64,000 nt of DNA. Source: an uncultured Desulfarculus sp. (GTDB taxonomy: Bacteria > Desulfobacterota > Desulfarculia > Desulfarculales > Desulfarculaceae). The notes beneath the pieces were generated by a model that saw only the letters and a list, made by a program, of their open reading frames with translations, was not told where the DNA came from and did not search any database. The position numbers and the translations under genes were made by a program. The DNA lies in NCBI GenBank assembly GCA_963665125.2, contig CAXXUK010000001.1, positions 2,016,001 to 2,080,000 of the forward strand, in the 5' to 3' direction. Positions 28,836 through 37,520 of this stretch are shown here, in pieces; position 1 is the stretch's first letter, and every line of letters starts with the position of its first letter.

Positions 28836-29855
28836 ATGAAAGCAGTCGTTTACAGGACGGACAAGGGGCTTTGCTGCGAGGAGGTCCCCACGCCCAAGCC
28901 CGACGCCGATCAGGTCCTGGTAAAGGTGGCCAATTGCGGGTTCTGCGGCTCGGATCATAGTCTGGTCCAAAGCGGCATGCTCGCCGACGGCTACATCCTG
29001 GGCCACGAGATCAGCGGCACCGTGGCCGAGGTCGGCGGCGACGTGGACCCCAGCCTGATCGGTCGACGGGTGATGATCCGCCCGACCTATTGCGGCCAGT
29101 GCGATGATTGCCTGGCCGGCAGACCGCAGTTTTGTCAAAACAACCGCCGCAGCCTGGGCATCGGCGATCTGCCCGGCGGATTCGCCGAATACCTGGTTTG
29201 CTACCCCCAGATGCTCATCCCCGTGCCCGACGGCGTTGACTCGCGCAACGCGGCCCTGGCCGAGATGTTCGCCACCAGCCTGCACGGCATGAAGGTGGTG
29301 GGCAAGTCCGGCGGCTCGGTGCTGGTCATGGGCGGTGGGCCCATCGGCCTGGGCCTGGTCAAGCTGCTCAAGGCTCAGGGGTTCGGTCCGGTGGTTCTCA
29401 GTGAACCTCAGGCAGCCAAACGGGAGCTGGCCGAAAAATGGGGCGCGGACTTTACCATTGATCCACTCAGCGAGGATTTGGGTAAGGCCGTGTTCGAGCA
29501 GACCGGCGGCCAGGGCTTTAACGTGGTTTATGAATGTTCCGGCGTGCCCGACAATGTCCAGTCCGCCATGGATGCATGCAGGCGTTTCGGTACGGTGTGT
29601 CTGTTAAGCATCATCGGCAAGATGGCCTCAATCCTGCCCCTGACCCTAAATTTCAAGGAAATCAACCTCACCGGGGCCTATGGCAATGACCATGCCGAAA
29701 ACAAACAGGTCCTGCAAATGATGGCCAATGGGCTGGACGGCCGGGAGATGATTTCCGACGTGGTCAGCCTGGAGGATCTGCCCAAGATGTATGAAGAGCG
29801 CATTCATACGGGCAAGGCCACCAAGGTGATGCTGGCCATCGGCGAGGAGTTTTAA
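28836..29855 (+). CDS. Zn-dependent alcohol dehydrogenase (butanediol/threonine dehydrogenase-like)
   Basis: 'CGFCGSD', 'GHEISG', structural Zn 'CGQCDDC.....FC', 'GGGPIG'. Confidence 0.92.
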   Translation: MKAVVYRTDKGLCCEEVPTPKPDADQVLVKVANCGFCGSDHSLVQSGMLADGYILGHEISGTVAEVGGDVDPSLIGRRVMIRPTYCGQCDDCLAGRPQFCQNNRRSLGIGDLPGGFAEYLVCYPQMLIPVPDGVDSRNAALAEMFATSLHGMKVVGKSGGSVLVMGGGPIGLGLVKLLKAQGFGPVVLSEPQAAKRELAEKWGADFTIDPLSEDLGKAVFEQTGGQGFNVVYECSGVPDNVQSAMDACRRFGTVCLLSIIGKMASILPLTLNFKEINLTGAYGNDHAENKQVLQMMANGLDGREMISDVVSLEDLPKMYEERIHTGKATKVMLAIGEEF

Positions 29856-29858
29856 AGA

Positions 29859-30836
29859 GTGCAACCAGTGGGCATCATAGCCAATCCTGCCTCTGGCAAG
29901 GATATCCGGCGTCTGGTGGCCCATGGTTCGGTGTTCGACAACAACGAGAAGGTCAACATCGTCCGCCGGGTGCTCAGCGCCCTGGATTCCCTGGGCGTGG
30001 AGCGGGTGGTGATGATGCCCGACTGCTACCATACCGGCGGACGGGCCCTGTCTGACCTTGAAATAGGCCTCAGGGTGGATTTCCTGGAGATGATGGTCTG
30101 CAACGACCAGGACGACACCACCAGGGCCGCCGAAATGCTGGGTCAACTGGACGTGGCCTGCCTGATCGTCCTGGGCGGCGACGGCACCAACCGGGCCGCG
30201 GCCAAGGCCGCCAACTGCCCGGCCCTGCTTTCGATATCCACGGGCACCAACAATGTGTTCCCGGAGATGGTCGAGGGCACCCTGGCCGGGCTGGCCGCCG
30301 GTCTACTGGCCAGGGGCGATGTTGACGCAAGCGCTGTCTGCCGCAATGTGCCCAAGCTGGAGGTCGTCTCCGGCGGCGAGGTTGCCGACATCTGCCTGGT
30401 GGACCTGGTGGTGACCGGCCACCGTTTTTCCGGCGTCCGGGCCGTGTGGGAGGTCGATTCCATCCGGTCGATCCTGCTGACCAGGGCCCGGCCAACGGCC
30501 ATAGGCTTTTCGGCTGTTGGCGGGTATTTGCAGCCCATGAACGGCGATTGTGATCAAGGCCTGTTCATAGAGCTGGGTCCGGGCGGCAAAAAGGTCCTGG
30601 CTCCCATCGGGCCGGGCATGGTCCGCACCCTGGAGGTGAGCCGCTGGCGCACATTCGACCCGGAAGAAGAGATCAGCATCAGCGGTCCGGCAATGCTGGC
30701 CCTGGACGGCGAACGGGAGATGCCCGTGGCCAAGGATAAAACCGTAGGAGTACGCCTGAACCCCCAGGGGCCTCGGGTGGTTGATATGAAATCAATACTG
30801 AACCTGGCTGGTGAGCAAGGTCTGTTCCTTAGCTGA
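29859..30836 (+). CDS. acoX: AcoX-like ATP-NAD kinase family protein
   Basis: 'GIIANPASGKDIRRLVA', 'LGGDGTNR', 'STGTNNVFP', 'ALDGERE'; directly upstream of the E1 genes. Confidence 0.88.
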   Translation: MQPVGIIANPASGKDIRRLVAHGSVFDNNEKVNIVRRVLSALDSLGVERVVMMPDCYHTGGRALSDLEIGLRVDFLEMMVCNDQDDTTRAAEMLGQLDVACLIVLGGDGTNRAAAKAANCPALLSISTGTNNVFPEMVEGTLAGLAAGLLARGDVDASAVCRNVPKLEVVSGGEVADICLVDLVVTGHRFSGVRAVWEVDSIRSILLTRARPTAIGFSAVGGYLQPMNGDCDQGLFIELGPGGKKVLAPIGPGMVRTLEVSRWRTFDPEEEISISGPAMLALDGEREMPVAKDKTVGVRLNPQGPRVVDMKSILNLAGEQGLFLS

Positions 30837-30855
30837 ATCAGGCACGATCTTGCAA

Positions 30856-30873
30856 CTACTGGTCGGTCAGTCA
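30856..30873. promoter_or_regulatory. Second candidate TetR operator (CTACTG-N6-CAGTCA) upstream of E1 alpha
   Basis: Matches 10 of 12 arm positions of the 25834 palindrome; immediately follows TTGCAA at 30850. Confidence 0.45.
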
Positions 30874-30925
30874 ATTATTAAATAGTCATTTGGATGAGTT
30901 TCCAATATTTTTATGGAGAAATCCT

Positions 30926-31891
30926 ATGGAAATCACTAACGAACTGTTGATCAAGCTGTACACGAACCTGGTGCGCACCAGGAAATTCGACGAAGCAGCA
31001 GTCAAGTGGCTGGCCGGCGGCCGGTTGCTTTCATTCTACCATCCAGCCCTGGGCGGTGAGGCCCCCGGCGTGGGCGGCACCACCATCCTTCGAAAGGATG
31101 ACGTGGTCAGCCCCCATTTGCGCGGCCACGGCCTGCCCCACCTCATCGGCAAGGGCGGCAACCCCAAAACCTACATGGCCGAGCACTGCGGCCGCATCAC
31201 CGGCGGCGGCAACGGCCTGGGCGGCGTGCACGCGGCCTATGACGAGATCGGCATCTTCGGCGGCAGCGGCACCCTGGGCCAGGGTTTTGTGCTCAGTTGC
31301 GGCTGGGGTCTGGCCTGCAAGAAAAACGGCACCGGCCAGGTGACCGTGTGCTTCTTTGGCGACGGCACGGCCAACCGCGGCACCTACCACGAGGCGGCCA
31401 ACCTCTGCGCCCTGTGGAAGCTGCCGGTGGTCTTTGTCTGCGAAAACAACGGCATCGCCCAGTACGTGCGCCTCAAGGACTCCTATCCCCTGGACGACCT
31501 GGCCAATCTGGCCGCCGGATACGGCATGCCTTCGGCAGTGGTGGACGGCCAGGACGTGGTGGCCGTGGCCGAAGCCGTTGGCGCGGCGGTTGAGCGCGCC
31601 CGTGCGGGCAAGGGCCCCTCATTCATCGAGTGCAAGACGGCCCGCTTCTTCTCCCACGGCGTGGGCAACCCCGAGCCTCGCACTGAAGAGGAAATCGCCA
31701 AGGCCAGGGAGCGCGATCCCCTCGACGTCATGGAAAAGCGCCTGCTGGAGCAGGGAGTGCTTACCGAAGACGACTTCGCCCGGATCAAGGCCGAAGCCGA
31801 CGCAGAGGTGGCCGCCACCGAGAAATTCATCGACGAAAGCCCGTTCCCGGACGACCCGGCGTTGTTGGACGCCGCGGTGTATGCGGATTAG
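30926..31891 (+). CDS. ThDP-dependent dehydrogenase E1 alpha (AcoA-like)
   Basis: 'FFGDGTAN.G..HEA.N...LWKLPVVFVCENN', 'VDGQDV', 'GPSFIECKT.R'. Confidence 0.92.
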   Translation: MEITNELLIKLYTNLVRTRKFDEAAVKWLAGGRLLSFYHPALGGEAPGVGGTTILRKDDVVSPHLRGHGLPHLIGKGGNPKTYMAEHCGRITGGGNGLGGVHAAYDEIGIFGGSGTLGQGFVLSCGWGLACKKNGTGQVTVCFFGDGTANRGTYHEAANLCALWKLPVVFVCENNGIAQYVRLKDSYPLDDLANLAAGYGMPSAVVDGQDVVAVAEAVGAAVERARAGKGPSFIECKTARFFSHGVGNPEPRTEEEIAKARERDPLDVMEKRLLEQGVLTEDDFARIKAEADAEVAATEKFIDESPFPDDPALLDAAVYAD

Positions 31892-31906
31892 GAAGGGAGT
31901 GCTGAT

Positions 31907-32869
31907 ATGAGAGAGATCATGTACCTCGAGGCCATGAAAGAAGCCCTGGCCGAGGAAATGGAACGCGACGAAAAGGTGTTCATGCTTGGCGAGGGCGTCA
32001 GCGTCGGCACTTTCGGCTATACCGGCGGCCTGCTGGAGCGCTTCGGCCCGGACCGGATCATGGACACCCCCATCTCGGAAAACGCCATCGCCGGTTCGGC
32101 CGTGGGCGCCTCTCTGATGGGCTACCGGCCCATCGCCGACATGATGTTCGCCGACTTCATGTACTGCGCGGCCGACGAGATTTTCCTCAAGGCCCCCCAG
32201 TGGCGGCTGATCCAGGGCGGCCAGCAACAGCTTCCCTGCGTGTTCCTGGCCAGCATCGGCGGCTACCGCATGCTGGGCAACGAGCACAGCCAATGCCCCA
32301 CTTATCTGGCCCTGCACAACCCCGGCATCAAGTGCGTTTGCCCCAGCAACCCCTACGACGCCAAGGGCCTGTTGAAAACGGCCATCCGCGACAACAACCC
32401 GGTGCTTTTCCTGCACCACAAAGGCCTGCTCCCGATGAAGGGCGAAGTGCCCGAGGAAGAATACACCGTGCCCTTCGGCCAGGCCAAGATCCTGCGTGAA
32501 GGCACCGACGTAACCATCGTGGCCACCTCGTTCATGACCTTCTGGGCCAATGCCGCCGCCGACATGCTGGGCGACAGCATCTCCTGCGAAGTCATCGACC
32601 CGCGCACCCTGGAGCCCTTTGACCTGGAGACAGTGCTCCAGTCCCTGGAAAAGACCAACCGCCTGGTGATCATCGACGAAGACACTGAGCGCTGCGGATT
32701 CGCCGCCGAGTTGGGCATGCAGATCATGGAAAAGGGCTTCGACCTCCTGGACGCCCCGGTGGAGCGCGTCTGCGCCAAGAACTACCCCATCCCCGGCGGC
32801 ACCATGGAAAAATACGTGTTGCCCCAGCCGGAATGGGTCTTGGAGGCCATCCAGAAGGTCATGGCCTAG
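31907..32869 (+). CDS. ThDP-dependent dehydrogenase E1 beta (AcoB-like)
   Basis: 'DTPISE', 'MFADF', 'EHSQ', 'DAKGLLKTAIRDNNPV', 'EVIDPRTL.P'. Confidence 0.92.
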   Translation: MREIMYLEAMKEALAEEMERDEKVFMLGEGVSVGTFGYTGGLLERFGPDRIMDTPISENAIAGSAVGASLMGYRPIADMMFADFMYCAADEIFLKAPQWRLIQGGQQQLPCVFLASIGGYRMLGNEHSQCPTYLALHNPGIKCVCPSNPYDAKGLLKTAIRDNNPVLFLHHKGLLPMKGEVPEEEYTVPFGQAKILREGTDVTIVATSFMTFWANAAADMLGDSISCEVIDPRTLEPFDLETVLQSLEKTNRLVIIDEDTERCGFAAELGMQIMEKGFDLLDAPVERVCAKNYPIPGGTMEKYVLPQPEWVLEAIQKVMA

Positions 32870-32904
32870 GGCCAAGCGTGATCAACCGCGAAAGAGAGAG
32901 CTAA

Positions 32905-34176
32905 ATGGCTACCGATATTGTTATACCCAAGCTTGGAATGACCATGGCCTCCGGCAAGGTGGCCGAATGGAAGGCCGCCGAGGGTGACTGGATCACCGAG
33001 GGGCAAGGAGTCCTGGTCATCGAAACGGAAAAAGTGACCCACGAGGTCGAGGCCCTGGCCGACGGCTTCTTGCATATTCTGGCCGCTCCGGGCACCGAGG
33101 CCCTGGTCAACGAGGCCGTTGGCCAGTTGGCTGAAACAGAGGAAGAGCTGGCCCAGCTTCAAGCCGCCCAGCCCGCCCCAGAGGGCATGGCCGCCGCAGC
33201 TCCGGCCGGCAAGCCCGCCGAGGCCGCAGCTCCGGCGTCGGGAGCCGTTCCGGCTGCCCCCGGCGGCCGGGTGAAAATCACCCCCGTGGCCAAAAAAATC
33301 GCCAATGAGCACGGTCTGGACTACAGCCTGGTTAGCGGCACCGGACCGGGCGGCCGCATCAAGAAGGCCGACGTGCTCAAGGCCATTGATGAGGGCGTCA
33401 GCGCCCCGGCTTCGGCTGCCGCATCTGCAGCCCCGGCCTGGGACGGCGAGGTTGTCGACGGCAAGCGGGTCAAGGCCTCCCTGCCGCTAACGGGCATCCG
33501 CGCCGCCGTGGCCCAGCACATGCAGGCCAGCCTGGCCGGTTCGGCCCAGCTCAGCGTCATGGGCGAATTCGAAGTCGACGCCCTGGTGGAGTTGCGTAAG
33601 TCCCTGGTTGCCGCCGAGGCGGCCATCGGCACCCGCATCACCTACACCGACATCCTGACCTACGTCGTGGCCCGGGCTCTGAAAAAGAACCCCATCATCA
33701 ACTCCAGCGTTGTCGACGGGGCCATCAAGATATGGGAAGACGTCAACATCGGCGTGGCCGTGAGCCTGCCGTTCCAGCAGTACGACGCCGGGCTCATCGT
33801 GCCGGTGATCCGCAATGCCGATAAAAAGTCTCTGGCCGAGATCAGCCTGGAGCTCAAGGACCTGCGCACCCGCTGCCTCGACGGAAGCATCGGCCTGGAC
33901 GAGATCATAGGCGGCACCTTCACCCTGTCCAACGTTGGCGGGTTCGGCAAGGGCTATGCCTTCAATACTCCCATCATCAACCAGCCCCAGTCGGCGATCC
34001 TGGGCACCGGCGCCATCCTGGACCGGCCCGTGGCCGAGGCGGGCGAGGTGGTGATCAGGCAGTTGATGAACTTCAGCTTCACTTTTGATCACCGGGCCAT
34101 CAACGGCGCGCCGGTGGGTATGTTCCTGGGCACCATCCAGGAGTTCATCAAGACCCCCGGTCTACTCTTGGCCTAG
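32905..34176 (+). CDS. Dihydrolipoamide acyltransferase E2 (AcoC-like, classical E2 fold)
   Basis: Lipoyl domain 'IETEKV', E3-binding 'GTGPGGRI', catalytic 'FDHRAING'. Confidence 0.92.
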   Translation: MATDIVIPKLGMTMASGKVAEWKAAEGDWITEGQGVLVIETEKVTHEVEALADGFLHILAAPGTEALVNEAVGQLAETEEELAQLQAAQPAPEGMAAAAPAGKPAEAAAPASGAVPAAPGGRVKITPVAKKIANEHGLDYSLVSGTGPGGRIKKADVLKAIDEGVSAPASAAASAAPAWDGEVVDGKRVKASLPLTGIRAAVAQHMQASLAGSAQLSVMGEFEVDALVELRKSLVAAEAAIGTRITYTDILTYVVARALKKNPIINSSVVDGAIKIWEDVNIGVAVSLPFQQYDAGLIVPVIRNADKKSLAEISLELKDLRTRCLDGSIGLDEIIGGTFTLSNVGGFGKGYAFNTPIINQPQSAILGTGAILDRPVAEAGEVVIRQLMNFSFTFDHRAINGAPVGMFLGTIQEFIKTPGLLLA

Positions 34177-34243
34177 GGCCCTGGCTTTGAATACAACCGC
34201 CGGGATCTTATAAAGACCGGCGGCTGCTGAAAGAGGAATCATC

Positions 34244-35614
34244 ATGTATGACGTGTTAGTAATCGGCGGAGGCCCCGGAGGTTATGCCGCCGCCATCCGC
34301 GCAGCCCAGCTTGGCGGAAAAGTGGCCCTGTGCTCCTTTGGCGACATGGGCGGCACCTGTGTGCACAAGGGCTGCATCCCCAGCAAGGTCTGGAGCCGGG
34401 CGGCCTATCTGCTGAACCAGATCAAACAAGGCGCGACCTTCGGCCTCAACGCCACCCTGGGCGACACGAATTATCAGGCCATTGTCGAGCGCAAGAACGG
34501 TGTTGGAGCGGATATCAAGATGGGCATGGAGGCCCTGTTGGCCAACAACGGCGTCACCGTCGTGCCGGGCAAGGCCGTTTTGAAGTCGGCCACCAAGGCC
34601 GAAGTGGACGGCAAGGCCATCGAAGCCAAGGCCATCATCATGGCCACGGGATCTTCCATCGCCGTCCCGGACATCCCCGGCCTGGCCGACTCTGCCCTGA
34701 CCTCCGACGAGGTCCTGGACCTCACCGAAATGCCCGCGTCCCTGCTGGTCTGGGGCGGCGGCCCGGTGGAGGTGGAGATTGCCAGCTGGCTCAACACCTT
34801 CGGCGTTGAGGTGACCCTGGCCTGCGAAGGCCCGCGCATCCTAACCTGCGAGGACTCCGACACCAGCCAGCGTCTGGCCGGAGCCCTCAAGGAACAAGGC
34901 ATAACGATCATCACCAGGGCCCAGCTCATTGAAGTGAAGAAGACCGCCGACGGCTGCCAGGCCACCCTGGGCGGCAAACAGGAGCAGGCCATAGAGGCAA
35001 AGGCCGTGGTTATCGCTTCCCGCAAGCCCAATACCGAGGGTCTGGGTCTGGAGACCGTGGGCGTGGAACTCAGCTCAGCCGGCGGCATCCTGGTCAATCA
35101 ATATCTGGAGAGCAACGTCAAGGGCGTCTTCGCCATCGGCGACTGCACCGGCGGCCGCATGCTCAGCCACCGGGCCTCGGGCATGGCCGTTTTCGCCGCC
35201 GAGAACGCCATGGGCCAGAAAAACATCTTTGACGAGCGCCTGATCTGCCGGGGCCTGTGGACCATGCCCCAGGTGGGCTCGGTGGGCCTCACCGAGGAAG
35301 AGGCCGAGGAAATGGACTACGACGTCGAGACCGGCGACTTCCCCTACCCCATCAACGGTCTGGCCATGCTGCGGGGCGAGGTGACCGGCAACGTCAAGGT
35401 GGTCATGGACGCCAAATACGGCGAAATCCTGGGCGTGCATATCGTCGGTTCGGGCGCCACCGAGCTTATCGGCGAGGCGGCCCTGGCCATGCAGCTTGAA
35501 TGCACGGCAGAGGAAGTGGCCCGGGGAGTGCGCCTGCACCCGACGTTCTCCGAAACCATGGTGGACGCCGCCCGCGACGCCATGGGCTGGGCGTTGTACC
35601 TGCCCAAGCGGTAG
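34244..35614 (+). CDS. lpdA: Dihydrolipoyl dehydrogenase E3 (divergent)
   Basis: 'GGGPGGY', redox disulfide 'GGTCVHKGCIPSK', 'AIGD', 'HPTFSE'. Confidence 0.9.
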   Translation: MYDVLVIGGGPGGYAAAIRAAQLGGKVALCSFGDMGGTCVHKGCIPSKVWSRAAYLLNQIKQGATFGLNATLGDTNYQAIVERKNGVGADIKMGMEALLANNGVTVVPGKAVLKSATKAEVDGKAIEAKAIIMATGSSIAVPDIPGLADSALTSDEVLDLTEMPASLLVWGGGPVEVEIASWLNTFGVEVTLACEGPRILTCEDSDTSQRLAGALKEQGITIITRAQLIEVKKTADGCQATLGGKQEQAIEAKAVVIASRKPNTEGLGLETVGVELSSAGGILVNQYLESNVKGVFAIGDCTGGRMLSHRASGMAVFAAENAMGQKNIFDERLICRGLWTMPQVGSVGLTEEEAEEMDYDVETGDFPYPINGLAMLRGEVTGNVKVVMDAKYGEILGVHIVGSGATELIGEAALAMQLECTAEEVARGVRLHPTFSETMVDAARDAMGWALYLPKR

Positions 35615-35623
35615 AATACGGAT

Positions 35624-37174
35624 ATGAGCACTGAGACCAAGCATATCAAGGTCGAGGACTGGGGCCGCATGGATTATGAGACGGCCATGCGGCGCCAGAC
35701 CGAGCTGGTGGCCCGCCGCGTCGAAGACGCCGAGCCGGACCGTCTGGTCATCGTGGAGCACCCGCCCACGGTGACCATCGGCAAGACCGGCGGGCCGGCG
35801 GACCTGTGCCTGGATCGCCAGGCCCTGGAGAGCCGCGGCGTCAGCGTAGTGGAAAGCAACCGCGGCGGCATGGCCACCTATCACGCGCCAGGCCAACTAG
35901 TGGTTTATCCGATCATCAAGCTGGTTGAACGCGACCTGCACCTCTATGTGGACATGCTTCTGGAAGCCACTGCCGGGGTCCTGCGCGGCTACGGCCTGGA
36001 ACCAAGGCGCGACAGCGGTCAGCCCGGCCTGTGGGTTGGCGGGAGCAAGATAGCCAGTCTGGGCGTGGCGGCCCATAAATGGGTCGTCAGCCACGGCGTG
36101 GCCCTCAACGTAAACAACGATATCGACGGATTTTCGCTGATCGTGCCCTGCGGCAGGCCGGGCCAGGCCGTAACCTCCATCAGCCGGGAACTGGGCCAGG
36201 AATTGCGTCTGGCCGAAGTCAAGCAGCGGTTCATCGAACAGTTCTGCAAGAGCTTCGGATTCGAGCGCCACAAGCTCACGCCTGGCGGCAAGCCCCCGTG
36301 GCTGAAAAAGACCTACCAGGGCAGCGCGGCCATCGAGGACATGGAAAGCCGCCTTAATCGGCTGCACTTGGCCACGGTGTGCCAGAGCGCCCATTGCCCC
36401 AACCTGGGCGAGTGCTTCAACCGGGGCACGGCCACCTTCATGATCATGGGCGAACGCTGCACACGCAACTGCCGCTTCTGCGCGGTGCCCCACGGCCCCA
36501 AACAGGGTCTGGACCCTGACGAGCCCATGAACCTGGCCCAGGCCGCCGCCGAGCTCAATCTGCGGCATGTGGTGGTCACCAGCGTGACCCGGGACGACCT
36601 GCCCGACGGCGGGGCGGCCCACTTCGCGGCGGTGATCGGCGCCCTGCGCCAAAAGTTGCCCCAGGCCAGCGTGGAGGTCCTGGTGCCGGATTTCCAAGGC
36701 TCCTCAGAGGCCCTGGAGACTGTCTGCCATGCCCGGCCCGATGTTTTCAATCACAACGTGGAGACCGTGCCCCGGCTGTATAAATCCGTCCGGCCCCAGG
36801 CCGATTACCGGCAGTCCCTGGGCGTGCTGTCCTTTGCCGCCGGTTGGGGGCTCACGGCCAAAAGCGGGATCATGCTGGGCCTGGGCGAGCGGGACGAAGA
36901 AATCCGCCAGGTGCTGGCCGATCTGCTGGACGCAGGATGCAGCTATCTGACACTGGGCCAGTATCTGGCTCCGTCGGACAAACATGCCCCGGTAGAGCGT
37001 TTCGTCACGCCCGAAGAGTTTGACTCCTGGGGCGAAGAAGCCCGGCGCATGGGTTTCGCCGAGGTGGCCTCCGGTCCCCTGGTGCGCAGTTCGTATCTGG
37101 CCGATCGCATGTACCGCCCCGGCAAGCCCCTGCACGGAGAAAAGTGCCATGGCCCGCAAACGCTTCATTGTTGA
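35624..37174 (+). CDS. lipB-lipA: Fused octanoyltransferase LipB + lipoyl synthase LipA
   Basis: N-half 'EHPP', 'RGG.ATYH.PGQL', 'KIASLG', 'HGVALN', 'IVPCG'; C-half '[12 protein letters not shown]', 'CTRNCRFC', 'RSSY'. Confidence 0.93.
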   Translation: MSTETKHIKVEDWGRMDYETAMRRQTELVARRVEDAEPDRLVIVEHPPTVTIGKTGGPADLCLDRQALESRGVSVVESNRGGMATYHAPGQLVVYPIIKLVERDLHLYVDMLLEATAGVLRGYGLEPRRDSGQPGLWVGGSKIASLGVAAHKWVVSHGVALNVNNDIDGFSLIVPCGRPGQAVTSISRELGQELRLAEVKQRFIEQFCKSFGFERHKLTPGGKPPWLKKTYQGSAAIEDMESRLNRLHLATVCQSAHCPNLGECFNRGTATFMIMGERCTRNCRFCAVPHGPKQGLDPDEPMNLAQAAAELNLRHVVVTSVTRDDLPDGGAAHFAAVIGALRQKLPQASVEVLVPDFQGSSEALETVCHARPDVFNHNVETVPRLYKSVRPQADYRQSLGVLSFAAGWGLTAKSGIMLGLGERDEEIRQVLADLLDAGCSYLTLGQYLAPSDKHAPVERFVTPEEFDSWGEEARRMGFAEVASGPLVRSSYLADRMYRPGKPLHGEKCHGPQTLHC

Positions 37175-37511
37175 GTTGGGCACCGGGGCCGACCTGCACG
37201 GCCGCGACGTGACCAAGGCGGCTTGCCGCGCCGTCACCGACGCGGTGAGCCACGGCTGTCTATGCGGCCTGATGGAGATCGTGGGCGTGGATAGCGCCGA
37301 CAAGATTCACGTTGATATTCTCATCGCCTGTCCTGATCCGGACAAAGTCGATCTGGAGCTGGTCAAGGCCGCCGCGCCCATCGGCGTGGTCACGGCCAGG
37401 GCCGAGGCCGGGGGCATGAGCGCCCAGGGTCTGTGCGTGCCCCAATTCGGCCCGGAAGGCGATACTATCGTGGTTGCCAACGCCGCGCTCACCGTATCGG
37501 TGGATATGTAG
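37149..37511 (+). CDS. Lin0512 family protein
   Basis: '[27 protein letters not shown]', 'GGM', 'VANAA'. Confidence 0.8.
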   Translation: MARKRFIVELGTGADLHGRDVTKAACRAVTDAVSHGCLCGLMEIVGVDSADKIHVDILIACPDPDKVDLELVKAAAPIGVVTARAEAGGMSAQGLCVPQFGPEGDTIVVANAALTVSVDM

Positions 37512-37520
37512 ATAGAGGTT

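Noticed and set aside
34060..34120. E2 catalytic motif DHRxxNG instead of DHRxxDG as a sign of inactivity
   Set aside because: Asn at this position occurs in active E2 enzymes (e.g. Azotobacter E2p)
34197..34223. Hairpin between E2 and E3 as a terminator
   Set aside because: No U tract; more likely a stability or processing element, so not treated as breaking the operon
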